64,000 bases of DNA from Eledone cirrhosa (GCA_964016885.1 OZ024740.1:181908001-181972000); one strand, 5' to 3'. Numbered from the stretch's first letter, positions 40,365-53,593 are shown. Notes: generated from the letters alone by a model not told the origin. Translations and numbers: made by a program.

Positions 40365-40981
40365 TTGCTATTGGTGAAAGCTATCAGAAACTATATTTTT
40401 ATTTTTCTTTAATGGCGTCGCTTGCGAAAGAGGCGACACCACATTTAGAGAAGGGAGGGAGAGAGACAATCTTCTCTCTGATGTAGTGACGATTGAGGAA
40501 GAAGACGGAATGAGTGGGAGTGACTTGTGAAAATTCTTTTTTGTAGCTATGTTTTTTTTTTGTTTTAAATGAATATTAGGCACAAAACCCCAATTAGTGG
40601 ATATTTAACCCCGAAGGGCCAAATAACGGGCAGAAAGACCCCTCTCACAAGGAGCAGGGTGTTTTTATCTACAATTTGTTAAAGTTTTAAACAATTTACA
40701 ATTGTTATACCGGTTAAAAATTACTATACCTTACAGAGCCGAGCCTCCGTCAACCATGGCATTCAATAATAATAATTATTATTATAATAATAATAATATT
40801 TAGTAATAATAATAAATGTGAAGACTGAAATCCAAAGAGGGATTTATAAGGATGAATATATATCAAATGTATAAGAACCCTAGAGCAAATATTTATTAAA
40901 ATAACAGATTAAAGTTTAAGCAAAGAATCGTTGCTTTCACCCTTAACGGGATCTGCTGAAACTCTTCTGAAAAAAAGAAGA

Positions 40982-41012
<31 letters not shown>

Positions 41013-41069
41013 ATATATAAACACACAGATACATGCGGACACATACATATACATGAATATATCCACATA

Positions 41070-42103
41070 TATCATTTGAATTAGTGGTGCCAACCTCAAC
41101 CGATGTTGCTCTATGAATAACTGGGACAAAATAATCCGAATGGATGAGATTGATTCAGTATCAGAGCTATATAATACATTATGAAGAGAGAAGAAACATT
41201 AGATATAATTAATAATAAGATATATCATACCTAAACTTCTTCTTTACTCCTCGACTACGTAGTTTCGTGGCATATTATGCAAAAACACTACATCACAGAG
41301 ATATAGAATTTGTGTGAGGTCTGCCGACTTATCAAGAGGATACCTCATTAAGAGTTTCAAAACACGTCTGTAGGGCGCGAGATAGAATCCGGAAAGACGG
41401 AGGGGGAGTCAATCACGTGATACAGCGGTCAAGAAACAGAGCTAAGCCTCTTATAACCATGAAAAAATACCACGGAGGCGGAGGGGGTACTTATATCAAA
41501 GCCGTAGAAGAGGTGGCTAAGGCGGCGAGAAGTATGAGTAATGGTAGCTTTCCAGCAGTCACTACACTTCAAAGGTTACTCGACCAAAGGGAGTTATAAA
41601 CAATATATAGAAACACACAGACACACGCGGACACATACATATACATGAATATGTGTGTTTCTATATATTGTTTATAACTCCCTTTGGTCGAGTAACCTTT
41701 GAAGTGTAGTGACTGCTGGAAAGCTACCATTACTCATACTCTCGCCACCTTAGCCAACTCTTCTACGGCTTTGATATAAGTACCCCTCCGCCTCCGTGGT
41801 ATTTTTTTCATGGTTATAAGAGGCTTAGCTCTGTTTCTTGACCGCTGTATCACGTGATTGACTCCCCCTCAACCTTTCGGGATTCTATCTTGCGTCCTAC
41901 AGACGTGTTTTGAAACTCTTAATGAATGTAACCTCTTGATAAGTCGGCAGACTTCACAAAAATTCTATATCTCTGTGATGTAGTGTTTTTGCATAATATA
42001 CCACGAAACTACGTAGTCGAGGAGTAAAGTAGGAGTTTAGGTATGATATATCTTATTATTAATTATATCTAATGTTTCTTCTCTCTTCATAATGTATTAT
42101 ATA
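41070..42103. mobile_element. Head-to-head pLTR pair in (TA)n with U3-A8 variant HHRs (41248-41340 minus, 41932-42022 plus)
   Basis: 41168-41617 is approximately the reverse complement of 41653-42103; (t)cctc TTGATAA gtcggca...tgccac GAAA ctacgtag TC gagg(a). Confidence 0.85.
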
Positions 42104-43404
42104 TATATGTCTAATGGTAGCTAAGATGCTTCCATAGGCGGTATGCCAGTTGAGCACTCTATGCTTCTACAGAGCAGAGTATGATAGAATGGAAAAACGA
42201 AAAATCAGTGATGCATTGCAACTCAATTTATTGCGTATTACAATTGTTTCCCCGGCGAACAGCTCGAGGTGCGACCTGTGTGTGGATTGACCTGACTCTG
42301 GATTCACAGGCTCCTCAGACACGTCTATTGATTTTGAAGCACATCCTCTTTCTGGGGTTTCTGACCCTACGGGTATATATCGTCCACATTCATCGTGTTT
42401 GCGCTTCCTTGGATTGATCACTGGTTAGTGACGTCATCATAATTCTGACCACTGGTAGCACCCCACTGACCATCGGGGCGTGAGCTTTCACTCACCCACT
42501 GTCCCATCGGCAAAATTACTGCTGTGTTTGACTGCTTACACGCCCACGCGCACACCCACACATGCACAGAGACACGGACAGATACATAAAGAATAGCTTG
42601 CGTGCTTACTTTCACACATGTACGCACAGAAACATACACACATATCCATGTTTACACACACACATAAACAGTGACACAATTATGTGTGTATATGTACGCA
42701 TGTGTACGTGTGTGTGTGTGTGTATATATAGGTGCATGTATGTGTGTGTGTGCCTCTCTGTGTGCATGTATGCGTATATTTGTGTGACTGTTTAGGTGTG
42801 TGATATGTTTGTATGTTTCTGTGCGTACATGTGTGAAAGTAAGCACCCAAGCTACTCTGTATATATCTGTCCGTGTCTCTGTGCATGTGTGTGTGTGTGC
42901 GCGCTTGGGAGTGTGAGCAGGCAAACACAGCAGTAATTTTGCCGACGGGACAGTGGGTGAGTGACAACTCATGCCCTGTTGGTCAGTGGGCTGCCACCAG
43001 TGGTCAGAATTATGACGACGTCACTAACCAGTGATCAATCGAAGGACGCGCAAACAAGTTGAAGATGGACGTTATAGACCCGTAGGGTCAGAAACCCCAG
43101 AAAGACGATGTGCTCCGAAATCAATAGACGTGTCTGAGGAACCAGTGAATCCAGAGTCAGGTTGATCCACACACAGATCGCACCTCGAGCTGTTCACCGG
43201 GGAAACAATTGTAATACGCAATAAATTGAGTTCCGATGCATCACTGATTTTTCGTTTTCCATTCTATCACACTCTGCTCCTTAGCAGCATAGAGTGCTCA
43301 ACTGGCATACCGCCTATGGAAGCATCTTAGCTACCATTAGACATATATTATGCTCCTTTACATGTACAGCGCTTACAGCCAATCGCCATGGAGTAATTCC
43401 AGTA

Positions 43405-45045
43405 CTCTTCCTCTTTAAAGGACACCCCAATCCCTTCTAACAACACCTACATGAGCCTGTTGATCAACCACACCAACTACTTCATTAGACGCATGAGATG
43501 GCATGGATTCCCCCATGACAGAAGGACCCAGCAGCACGCCTACAATGATCCTCACTACCGCCTCAAATGGATCTTCAAATCAAGACGACACCCACCACAT
43601 AACGCACTGCTGGAAGAATTTGAAAACCGTATCGTCAATCGTCCGAAACATCAAATTCCGAAGGAATAATTGTTTCTACGTTTGGCACAAGGCCAGCAAT
43701 TACCCAGAGCATTACTGGTACTTTATTTTATCGACCCCGTAAGGATGAAAGGCAAAGTTAACCTCGCGGGATTTGAACTCAGAATTCCGAAGGAATAATA
43801 CACGCAATAACGAATACCTCAGGAAACTCAGCTCCACAATCAAAAGCATGGAAAGATGCCCGGATTTACCTGTGCCCTCGGACAAAACCGGTAATGTATA
43901 CATGCTTGACCAATTTACATACAACGACTGCATTGGGAAAGAGGTTATGAAAGACTATAAGACCACAGGACAGGACAACCTGGATAACATCAACGCCACG
44001 ACCAAAAAAAAATAATGACAGGGTTAGAAATAGATGATAGGACATACCCCTATGTACCCAAAAAACCGCGGATATCCATTAAGGATCACAAATTAGACTT
44101 TAGGACAAATTTCCCCGTTAGGTTAATAGCACCCTACAAATCGGACATAGGTAGGGCCAGTAAGAATATCATAAATAGGATACTACCGGTACTTAGGAAT
44201 AAAACTAGGCTTAACTTATGGACCTCCACTAAGGAGGTAATTGACTGGTTCCTGCTATTAGAGAGCAAGCAACGGGTAAATTTCATTCAGTTGGAAATAT
44301 TGAATTACTATGCGTCAGTATCATCAGTAATCATGAGAGCCATGGCTAAGTCCAACCTCACTAGAGAGGAAGAAAACATCATAATAGATGCGAGAAAGAT
44401 GTTAATTAGCTTCGACAATAAATTATGGGAGAGGAGAGACAGACCCGACAGTTTCGATATTACTATGGAGTCGAGTGACTGCGCGGGTGACGGACCTGGT
44501 GGGAATATATCTCCTCCAAAGACTAGTGTAGGAGATCCAAGGAATCGGCGGAGGAATATATAGAGACGACGCACTATTTACCTTCCGCTCCCTAAACCCC
44601 AACCAGCTGGAGCGTATGAGGAAGGTCATATCACATTTCTTTAAGCAACACGGCTTATCCGAGCTGATAGATCCTAGCACTAAGACGGTGAATTTCGTTG
44701 ATGTTACTCTGGAACTAAATACGGGCATACAACGACCATACCACAAGCCCAATGAGAACCTGCAATATATGAACAGGCACTTGAACCACCCCAAGTCCGT
44801 CATAGACGCCATAGTAAAAGGGGTATCCAAACGCATATCCACACTGTCGGCTAACGCAGACGTGTTTAACCAGCACGCCGACTATTATAATGAGGCACTG
44901 CACAGGGCCGGTTACACAGAAGCCATAGTGTACAGGGAAGGGCCTAGTGGCGAGGCACGCGGATATGAGTATAGCAATAGTACTTCCATAGGTAGACAGT
45001 ACAACCTGGAACTAGCATCTAGGAATAGGAGTAGCAGTATAGATG
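43405..45045 (+). pseudogene. PLE RT (Hydra-clade-like), frameshifted, interrupted by a SINE
   Basis: SLKDTPIPS, FIRRMRW, SDKT, IKDHK..VRLIAPYKSDIG, FDITM, GGIYRDD, NFVDVTL, NHP. Confidence 0.88.
43666..43782 (-). mobile_element. 5'-truncated SINE family B inserted into PLE-2 with target-site duplication
   Basis: Flanked by aattccgaaggaat(aat) at ~43654 and ~43783. Confidence 0.88.
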
Positions 45046-46020
45046 GGCTACTTCAGAGTAAGCGAAAGAGGAAAAAGGAAAAGGAAGAGGAGGGGGAGTG
45101 GAAGGAGGTGAGAAGGAGAGATGAAGAGGAAAAAGAAAAGAATTACATATACCTATGTATGCTGAGGTTTCCCTTAAGTAGTTCAGCAAGTGGGGAAAAG
45201 AATGACGTTGCAGCCATTGTCTACCCAGCCAGATCATGAGGGGGATTGAGAGTAAGGTAAGTCCTACGCAATCGGTGTTTACATGCGGTTACAAGTTCGT
45301 CTTTTTTGTTTTTCCCCACTTGCCGAACAAGTGAGGGGAAACCCCAGCATACATAGGTAGATGTAATTCTTTTCTTTTTTTCTTTTTACCTCTCCTTCTC
45401 ACCTCCTTCCACTTTCTCTCCTCTTCCTTTTCCTTTTTCCTCTTTCGCTTACCCTGACGTAGCCCATCGGGATTTTGTAGCCTCAGTACCCTCACCCCCG
45501 TAAATTCTATATAGCAATGTCCGCAAACGCAATACCAGCTAAAAATATAGCAGCTGTTTTAGATTATAGTTTTATTTATTATTTATCATTATTTAATTTT
45601 TTAACATTATTACTTATTTCTTATCTTTTTATTTTAATTTTTATTTATTAACGTTTTAATTTTCTAATTTTATAACTTCCCACCCTTAGATTCCGCTAGA
45701 ATTCTTTTTTCGCCTGCTTTCTAGCTAGCCTAATTCATCTACACTCCTTAGAATTCGACTTAGCCTACTGCCTCATTGTTCTACAGGCAAGTTCAGCCAC
45801 CCACCGCCAGGAAAGATTTAATTGTGTTTACATGAAATTTTGATCAATACTTTAGACAATTACAATCTTCAGAAATGCATGATTATCTCACGCACATATA
45901 TGGAATTACCCCTTGAAAAGTTCGGCTATTTATTATCACGCTAAAAATCTAATTTAGTCCAGAAATAGCCGGCGAAACGGCTTGCGCTCTGCCGTCGGGG
46001 TCTTGATCATTTTCCTATAT
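45043..46020 (+). mobile_element. Separate PLE-type 3' end with a ~170-bp inverted duplication and a U3-A8 HHR
   Basis: 45043-45210 is approximately the reverse complement of 45308-45468; HHR at 45908-46001; ends in a TA-rich tract. Confidence 0.65.
45908..46001 (+). ncRNA. Type I HHR with U3-A8 core (TTGAAAA) and full stem III
   Basis: acccc TTGAAAA gttcggctattt...aaatagccggc GAAA cggc ttgcgctct gccg TC ggggt. Confidence 0.75.
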
Positions 46021-46495
46021 ATACTTATATATATATCGTCAGTGGTGCTATTATGTTTCCTCCCGTTGTATTGTATGTAAATATGTGTATATATATATAT
46101 ATATATGTGTATATATATATATGTGTATGTATATATATATATACTCTGATATAACACCTGCAACCATGATGGTATCCAATGATGTTGACGTGTTCTTCTT
46201 TTTGGCAAATATCATATTGGTTAAGAGTGTGGGACTGGCTTTGTGCAGTGCCTTTGCTCACTATAAAAGCTTCAGGGGACAGGCATTGCTTTATATCTGG
46301 AGATCTCTGCACTTGTCATCACATGGTAGCATGGGCCCAGCACTATGTGACAATAATTATCACAGGTGTAGTGTTTGTACCAGAGTTTTCAAGTTGCTGG
46401 CTGGGCTAAAAAGTCGCACTCGTTCAGCGCATCGGTAGGGGTTCTCCTACATGGATATAAAGTAGTGGCCGTACTCGAAAACGAGTTGGCAGCCA

Positions 46496-46562
<67 letters not shown>

Positions 46563-46584
46563 CATACATATATATATACATACA

Positions 46585-47820
46585 TTAAAGTTCTAGTTTG
46601 TAGGAAAGAAAATAAGGCGCCGGTTCCTTCCGGGAAATGGCCATGCTCAGTGTGTAGGAAAGGCGTAAGTAGAAACTCCATTTTATGTCCCAAATGCAAA
46701 GTATGGGTGCATAAAAGATGTAGTGGGATCATAGGTAAGTTAACTAAGAACATAGATTTTACATGTGGCCGGTGCTCTGGTGCAATAATTAGCAGCAAGT
46801 GCCCACAAAATAATAGCTCTTTCAATTGCGCAGAGGGTTCTATAGAAATAGTGGACAGCTTCCGTTACCTGGGTGACAAAATCAGAAGTGGGGGAGGGCG
46901 CCCTGAAAGTACAGTAGCTAGAGTCAGAACTGGATTGAAAAAGTTCAGAGAGCTTATACCACTATTAGCCGCTAAAGGGTTCTCCCTAAAAATGAAAGGC
47001 AGGCTGTATGATGCCTGCATACGAACAGCAATGTTGCATGGCAGTGAGACCTCGGCATTGTGTGCAGAGGATATACGCAGACTAGAGAGGAACGAAGCTT
47101 GCATGCTCCGCTGGATGTGTAATAGTAATATACGCGAACGGCGAAGCATAAACGAACTAAGGGAAAAATTAGAAATAAGAGGGATCAGATGTTGTTTACT
47201 CGAGAGAAGGCTACGTTGGTATGGTCACGTAATGCGCATGAAAGACGACAGCTGTATAAAAAAGTGCAGGGCAATAAAGATAGACGGTAGCCACGGAGTA
47301 GGCAAACCCAGAAAAACCTGGGACGACCTGATAAACTCCGACCTCACACACTTACACCTCTCCAAGACAATGTCACTGGGCCGAGATCTTTGGCGGCACT
47401 CAGTAATAGAGAAGACACGCCTTACCTAAATACAAAGTAAAACCTACTACAGTCAGTAGGCATCTCTAACAAAATACACCCCCGTCCCACCACCCCCACC
47501 CCATCCACACTGCCCTTTCAATGTAAAGTTATGTTGGTGCCACAACATCCAGGCCGAAACAAATGAGATCGTGTAGGTGTCACGACAAAAAAACACACAG
47601 TCCACGTTGTAATGTGGCCGTGTAGGCAACACGGTAAAAACCTCCCAGTCCCACACTGTAAATGTGGTTGGTGTTAGGAAGGGCATCCAGCTGTAGAAAA
47701 CCCGCCAGAGAGTCCTATGCGAGCAAGACAACCACTCTTGCCTCATGTGGGAAAACTCCCGTCCAAGCCCATGCAAGCGTGGAACATGGACGTTAAACGA
47801 TGATGATGATGATGATGATA
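46585..47820 (+). mobile_element. RTE LINE 3' fragment (ORF to 47429) followed by a SINE-A-related tail with (GAT)n
   Basis: WPCSVCRKGV..CPKC..WVHKRC..CGRC, FRYLG, MLHGSET, RLRWYGHV..GKPRKTW. Confidence 0.88.
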
Positions 47821-48179
47821 AATATATATACACATATATACACATATATATATATAGCATGTATTCATTTTCTACTACCATTTTAAAGGGTCCGTCGAGC
47901 TGCCGATTATAGAGTCGGGTAAGATCGATACAGATCGAACCTTGAGCTGATCACTGGCGAAACGCGCGTCACCTACCAATTAATATAATGAAGGAGTAAC
48001 CAATCGTCCTTGTTATCTTTTCAATATATTACAGAGAAGTGAACCTAAACATCGAGTGCTCACCCGGGTGAACCTGCAGTAACTGCAAGTTACACTCCCT
48101 AGATATTTAGCTCCCTTCTTTGTCGAGCGCTTAGCTGGAACACCGTGGAATTGTTCTACACCACTTCCTCCCTTCGGAT

Positions 48180-50661
48180 GATGTATACATGAACCTTTTA
48201 CTAAAGCAGACAAATAATTTCATCAGGAGGATCCGCTGGAGGACCTACCACTACAACAACAGGATCAAGTGACAATTCCAGCAACCACATAAAAAAACTC
48301 TTTAAATCGACGAAAAACCCACCGCACAACCCACTCCTAGAGGTGTTTGAGGACAGGATCATTACCATGGACCGTTAGATTCAGGAAAACACCGCGAAAC
48401 CCTGACAGAAGAGCATTCCTGTCTGGGCTCGCATCTACTGTAAACAAGATCAGGAATAGCCCTCGTATCATCGTACCAGCCGATAAAACAGGAAACTTAT
48501 ACAATTTGGAGTACAAAACTTACAACAATGCATTAGAAATGAAATCGCTAAAATATACAAAACATCAACACGGGACAACCTAGCACACATAAACAAATAG
48601 GCGAAAACAATAATGATCGAACTGAGCATTGATGACAGGACTCATCCCTACAACCCTAGGACACCTAGACTATCTATTAAAGACCATAAACCGGACTTTC
48701 AGTCAAAACTACCGGTCAGACTCATAGCCCCCTCTAAATCAGATCTAGGTAGACTTTGCAAATCCATCATTGACGGGGTTATACCTGAACATAGAAATAG
48801 AACTAAACTCAGCTTTTGGTCTTGTATAAAGGAGGTAATCGACTGGTTTTGTGGCATTGAAACTAAGTCGAATGTTCGATTAGTCCAATTGGACATTACG
48901 AACTACTACGCCACTATATCCCCAATCATCCTTAACAAGGCACTGATCTCAGCCATGAACAGATCAAGCCTCACTAGAAAGGAAGTGGACACCATACTAG
49001 TAGATAGGAAAACTTTACTAGAATTTGACGGGAAATTGTGGGAGCGACAGAATAGACAAGATAGCTTCGACATTACTATGGGATCGACTGACTCCGCGCA
49101 GGTTACAGATATAGTAGGCAGGTACCTCCTAAATATATTAACAAACGAGATCCCCTCCTTGGGCGGTGGCTTATACCGTCACGATGCCCTACTAATGACC
49201 CGTGGACTCAATAATAGCCAATTAGATAGACTACACAAACGACTTAGATACATCTTTAAGACCCAAGGATTAGCGGTAGAAATTGAACCTAACAGTAGAA
49301 CAGTAAACTCTTTAGATGTCACTCTAGAATTAGACTCAGGTCGCTGCCGTCCATACCACAAATCTAATGAAAATATTAAATACGTTAACAGACACTCCAA
49401 CCACTTTAGGAGCATAATTAACTCAATAGTTAAAAGCGTTTCCTATAGAGTGACCACCCTGTCGGCTAACAGAACTATCTTCAACCAGCCCGCGGAATAC
49501 TACAACTCCGCACTTGAAAAAGCTGGTTACATTGAGAAGATTTCTTACAACGACCCAAATAGAACCGTAACGCCGCCAAACATAACCGGACCCTTAGAAA
49601 CGAACATAGACGAGGTCACCACACCTAGAACAATTAATAACCTAAGACCCTCTTTAGTCGGCAGGGTAGGCAGCGTTACACACAACTGTCAAGGAGATAA
49701 ATCTATACTCTCCAACCCAATAAGGACTCCGACTATCGCACACGTTTAGGTAGTAATAGAGACAACAGACATAACGCCAATAGATTACTAAGAACCCCTA
49801 TGACACATACGCCTGACCAAAACGCACCCATACTACCACCTAATCACAAAAACCTCACTAAACACTGTAGAGCCCGAAGTAGACCTGTCACATGGTACAC
49901 CGCCCTGTATTCTATACACGTTGCCACCAATATACCGGGAACCTTCTTCAGGGCTCTTGAACAATCTTTTCCACACACACATAAATACCACAAGCTCTTC
50001 AATAGACACACTGTAAAATTCTCTTTCTGTACAACACAAAAATCTAGGCCACACAATAGCACACACTAATAGGACAACATGGTAGCCCCACAACAAACCA
50101 CTACCACAACACAAAACGAAACCACATACACAACACAACAACCCACATGCCAGCTCCACACAGCATGCCACCAACCGACAACGTGCCGCCACACCGATAA
50201 CACCCAATTGCAACTGCAAAAAACGGGCTGAACGCCCACTAAACGGGGAGTGCCTCGTTAAAAACATTGTTTACCGGTGTGATGTCACAGCTGGCAATAA
50301 AGAGAACGCATATATAGGTGCGACCTCCACTACGTTTAAGGTGCGCTGGTATAACCATAGAAGCTCCTTCAAACATAGGCTGAAACGATCCCAAACTAGA
50401 CTGGCCGATTTGATCTGGGACCTCAATTACAGGAACATCGAATCCCAGATCACATGGTCAGTCAAAGGACGCTTGGCGCAACTCCCCAGTAACAGAAACC
50501 ACTGCAGGTTATGCTTGGCCGAGGCAGCAGAGATAATTAAATTAAAATCTGCCATAAACTATAGGTCGAGCATAATTATCAATTGCAAACACACCAGGTT
50601 GAACATATTTTCTGCACAAACATTCGGCGGAGGGCCGCACACTAATTATGCCCCAACATAA
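48180..50661 (+). pseudogene. PLE RT + GIY-YIG (Hydra-clade-like), disrupted
   Basis: FIRRIRW, ADKT, IKDHK..RLIAPSKSDLG, TMGSTDS, YRHD (decayed YRDD), CNC..(R)PL..CL, IVY..YIG, RWYNH, CRLCLAE. Confidence 0.9.
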
Positions 50662-50865
50662 TAATAACCACATTTGCCCCATCTCACCATCCCTCATCTC
50701 AGTGAAGTTATTTTATTGCATGTAACCCTTTGTAAGCCCATATTTTGTATATCATGCCGCATACATCATCCCCACCAAAAGTCACATCGCCACACACCCC
50801 TCATCTTTGTAACATTGTGTTCTATCTGTCCTCTCTGTCAGGTTTTACCTTGTAATCCATAGTAA

Positions 50866-51840
50866 CATCTGATCCTGTAAATATATTGTCCATCATATCA
50901 CCACATCGCCACCACCACCACTACCACCGCACACATCGCTATATGTCTACCATCCCACACCCGCAACCTTAGTCCCCATGTTCCCCTGTCTGCCTAAACC
51001 TACAACCCTTCGTAAAATTCGATCCTGTAAATGTACTGTCGCACACACGACCACCGCCACCACTCGATACATCTCCATACTTATCAACATCACCAACACA
51101 TCATCCCTCACTCCCAGAACGACTGTATTATATCTGCCCTCTCTGTCAGCTTTACACTGTAACCCACCGTAACATCTGATCATGTAAATATATTGTTGAA
51201 CATATCACCCCATCGCCACCACCACCACCGCACACATCGCTATATGTCTACCATCCCATACCCGCAACCTTAGTCCCCATGTTCCCCTTGTCTGCCTTAA
51301 CCTACAACCCTTCGTAAAATTCGATGCTGTAAATGTACTGTCGCACACAACACCACCGCCACAACTCGATACATCTCCATACTTATCAACATCACCAACA
51401 CATCATCCCTCACTCCCAGAACGACTGTATTATATCTGCCCTCTCTGTCAGCTTTACACTGTAACCCACCGTAACATCTGATCATGTAAATATATTGTTG
51501 AACATATCACCCCATCGCCACCACCACCACCGCACACATCGCTATATGTCTACCATCCCATACCCGCAACCTTAGTCCCCATGTTCCCCTTGTCTGCCTT
51601 AACCTACAACCCTTCGTAAAATTCGATGCTGTAAATGTACTGTCGCACACAACACCACCGCCACAACTCGATACATCTCCATACTTATCAACATCACCAA
51701 CACATATCATCCCTCACTCCCAGAACGACTGTATTATATCTGCCCTCTCTGTCAGCTTTACCCTGTAACCCACCGTAACATCTGATCATGTAAATATATT
51801 GTTGAACATATCACCCTATCACCACCACCACCACCACCAT
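50866..51840. repeat. ~303-bp tandem repeat (about 3.2 copies) in the PLE-3 3' UTR
   Basis: catctgatc(c/a)tgtaaatatattg recurs at ~50866, 51173, 51475 and 51779. Confidence 0.92.
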
Positions 51841-53015
51841 GACCACACACATCGCAATACGTCCACAAACTTTTTTCCCCGTGTTCCCTATGTCACTTTT
51901 TAACCTGTAAGCCATCGTATTATTCGATCCTGTATATTTTTAGTCACCCACATCCCCACCCCCGCCACCACAAGGCACAACTCCATACCTCAACAATCAT
52001 TAACTTCATTAACATCGCCAACACATACCTTCCCTCCCGAACCAACGCAAGTATGTGTGTCTGTGTGTAAGTATATTTATATGTACAACGCCATCTTCAT
52101 TGGCTCTCCCCCTCCCTCTATCTATGTACTACGCCACCCCCACTGACACCCCACACCCCTCCCTATATATATACACGCGCGCGCATCCATATATGTGTAT
52201 ATATGTATATAAATATTTGTATGTGTGGGTGTATGTGTATGTATGTATGTGTGTGTATATGTATATATATATATGTGAGTATGTGTATATATGTCAGTAT
52301 ATATACGCATTTGTATGTATACAACGTTTTTGTCAGACTAAGAGTGTCTAGGTATGTATCTCCCCATTGATTTGACACCACCAACACATCCACCACACCA
52401 CCACAAACGCCACTACCATAAACAACAACACCACACCCACACGACACACAATAACCAGCCACAAATATACGCCAATCTGTCTACTGACAATCCACTATCC
52501 CCACACCACAGCCCCTCCCAGCTAGAGACCGTCACCAACATCTTATCATCACATCCACCCCCACATGCACTACAGGTGAAAGACAATCCACTACCCCCAC
52601 TCACAGCCCATCCCAGCCAGTAACCGTCACCAACATCTTATCATCACATCCACCCCACATCCACTACAGCCGAAAACATCCCTATGATCTATTCCACCAA
52701 TCAAGACAATTCATATTGACCAACATATGAACTTCTAACTTCATCATATAGCATGTATTCATTTTCTACTAGCATTTTAAAGGATCCGTCGAGCTGCCGA
52801 TTATAGAGTAGGGTAAGATCGATACAGATCGAACCTTGAGCTGATCAGTGGCGAAACGCGTGTCACCTACCATTTAATGTAACGAAGGAGTAACCAATCG
52901 TCCTTGTTATCCTTTCAATATATTACACTCTGTATAGCTCTACACCTCAACACAGAAGTGAACCTAAACATCGAGTGCTCACCCGGGTGAACCTGCAGTA
53001 ACTCCAAGTTACACT

Positions 53016-53046
<31 letters not shown>

Positions 53047-53052
<6 letters not shown>

Positions 53053-53593
53053 TGAATATATGAGAGGGATGAACACCGATAGAAGTATACATGTGTTCGA
53101 ATTGTAAATGACCAAGTTAGCTAGATTGAAAAAATACTAATTTAAAACAATATGGTTTGCCTGTCTCGATTTAAATTAATAAATCAATAAAAATAACAAA
53201 CCTATATTGGGCAACTGCCTTCGATACCCAGACAGATCTAAAATCTGTTTTACAAGAATTATTAAGAGAAAGCCGCCATTCCTGTGCTCTTCTGCGGATA
53301 TCCATGAAATACGTACCTTTCACTTCAAAATATCTAAGAAGACTGAACTATGTGTTGATATAAAAGCACATGTTGCAGCGCCTAGCGCGTCTCATACTCA
53401 TGCCGCTAAAAATATCACCCGGTTTCATGAGACTAAAGTTAGCTCTACATATGGAGCCGATAATATCATAGATTGAGTTAGAAACTCAAAATAGTCTATA
53501 CAATTAAATAGCTCAAGGAAGGGAATCTTTCCGATATGTGTAATACAATTGAATATATAAGAGGGATGAACACGGATAGAAGTATACATGTGT
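53047..53593 (-). mobile_element. Non-coding ~497-bp unit in (TA)n with a ~50-bp direct terminal repeat and a degenerate HHR (53223-53302)
   Basis: tacaattgaatata...tatacatgtgt at both ends; gatatccg CAGAAGA gc acaggaat..attcttgt AAAA cagat tttag atctg TC tgggtatc. Confidence 0.65.

Larger units (their letters stand above)
35132..40764 (-). mobile_element. Full-length (~5.6 kb) decayed Tx1/L1-clade LINE between (AAT)n-rich tracts
   Basis: ORF1 with CCHC knuckle; ORF2 with APE start, RT and C-terminal CxxC. AATAAA-type 3' end; higher GC than the flanks. Confidence 0.9.
42108..45045 (+). mobile_element. PLE-2: inverted pLTR arm (42108-42635), pLTR (42812-43346) and decayed RT region, 3'-truncated
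   Basis: The inverted repeat is ~530 bp, with HHRs at 42234-42323 (minus) and 43129-43218 (plus): cgtgt CTGAGGA..GAAA caattg TA atacg. ORF fragments follow. Confidence 0.88.
47853..53019 (+). mobile_element. PLE-3: full-length element with direct pLTRs (47853-48101 and 52746-53019) and a long repetitive 3' UTR
   Basis: The direct terminal repeats (tagcatgtattcattttctactac/ag...gttacactccct) flank the RT-GIY-YIG fragments; (TA)n-rich sequence on both sides. Confidence 0.92.

Noticed and set aside
46143-46497. Insert between TA tracts as a coding fragment
   Set aside because: No recognisable motif in any frame; left unassigned.
47890-47980. HHR in the PLE-3 pLTR (also ~52780-52870)
   Set aside because: The 3' half GAAA cgcgcg TC is present, but I could not find a convincing CUGANGA with matching stems I and II; it is not counted.
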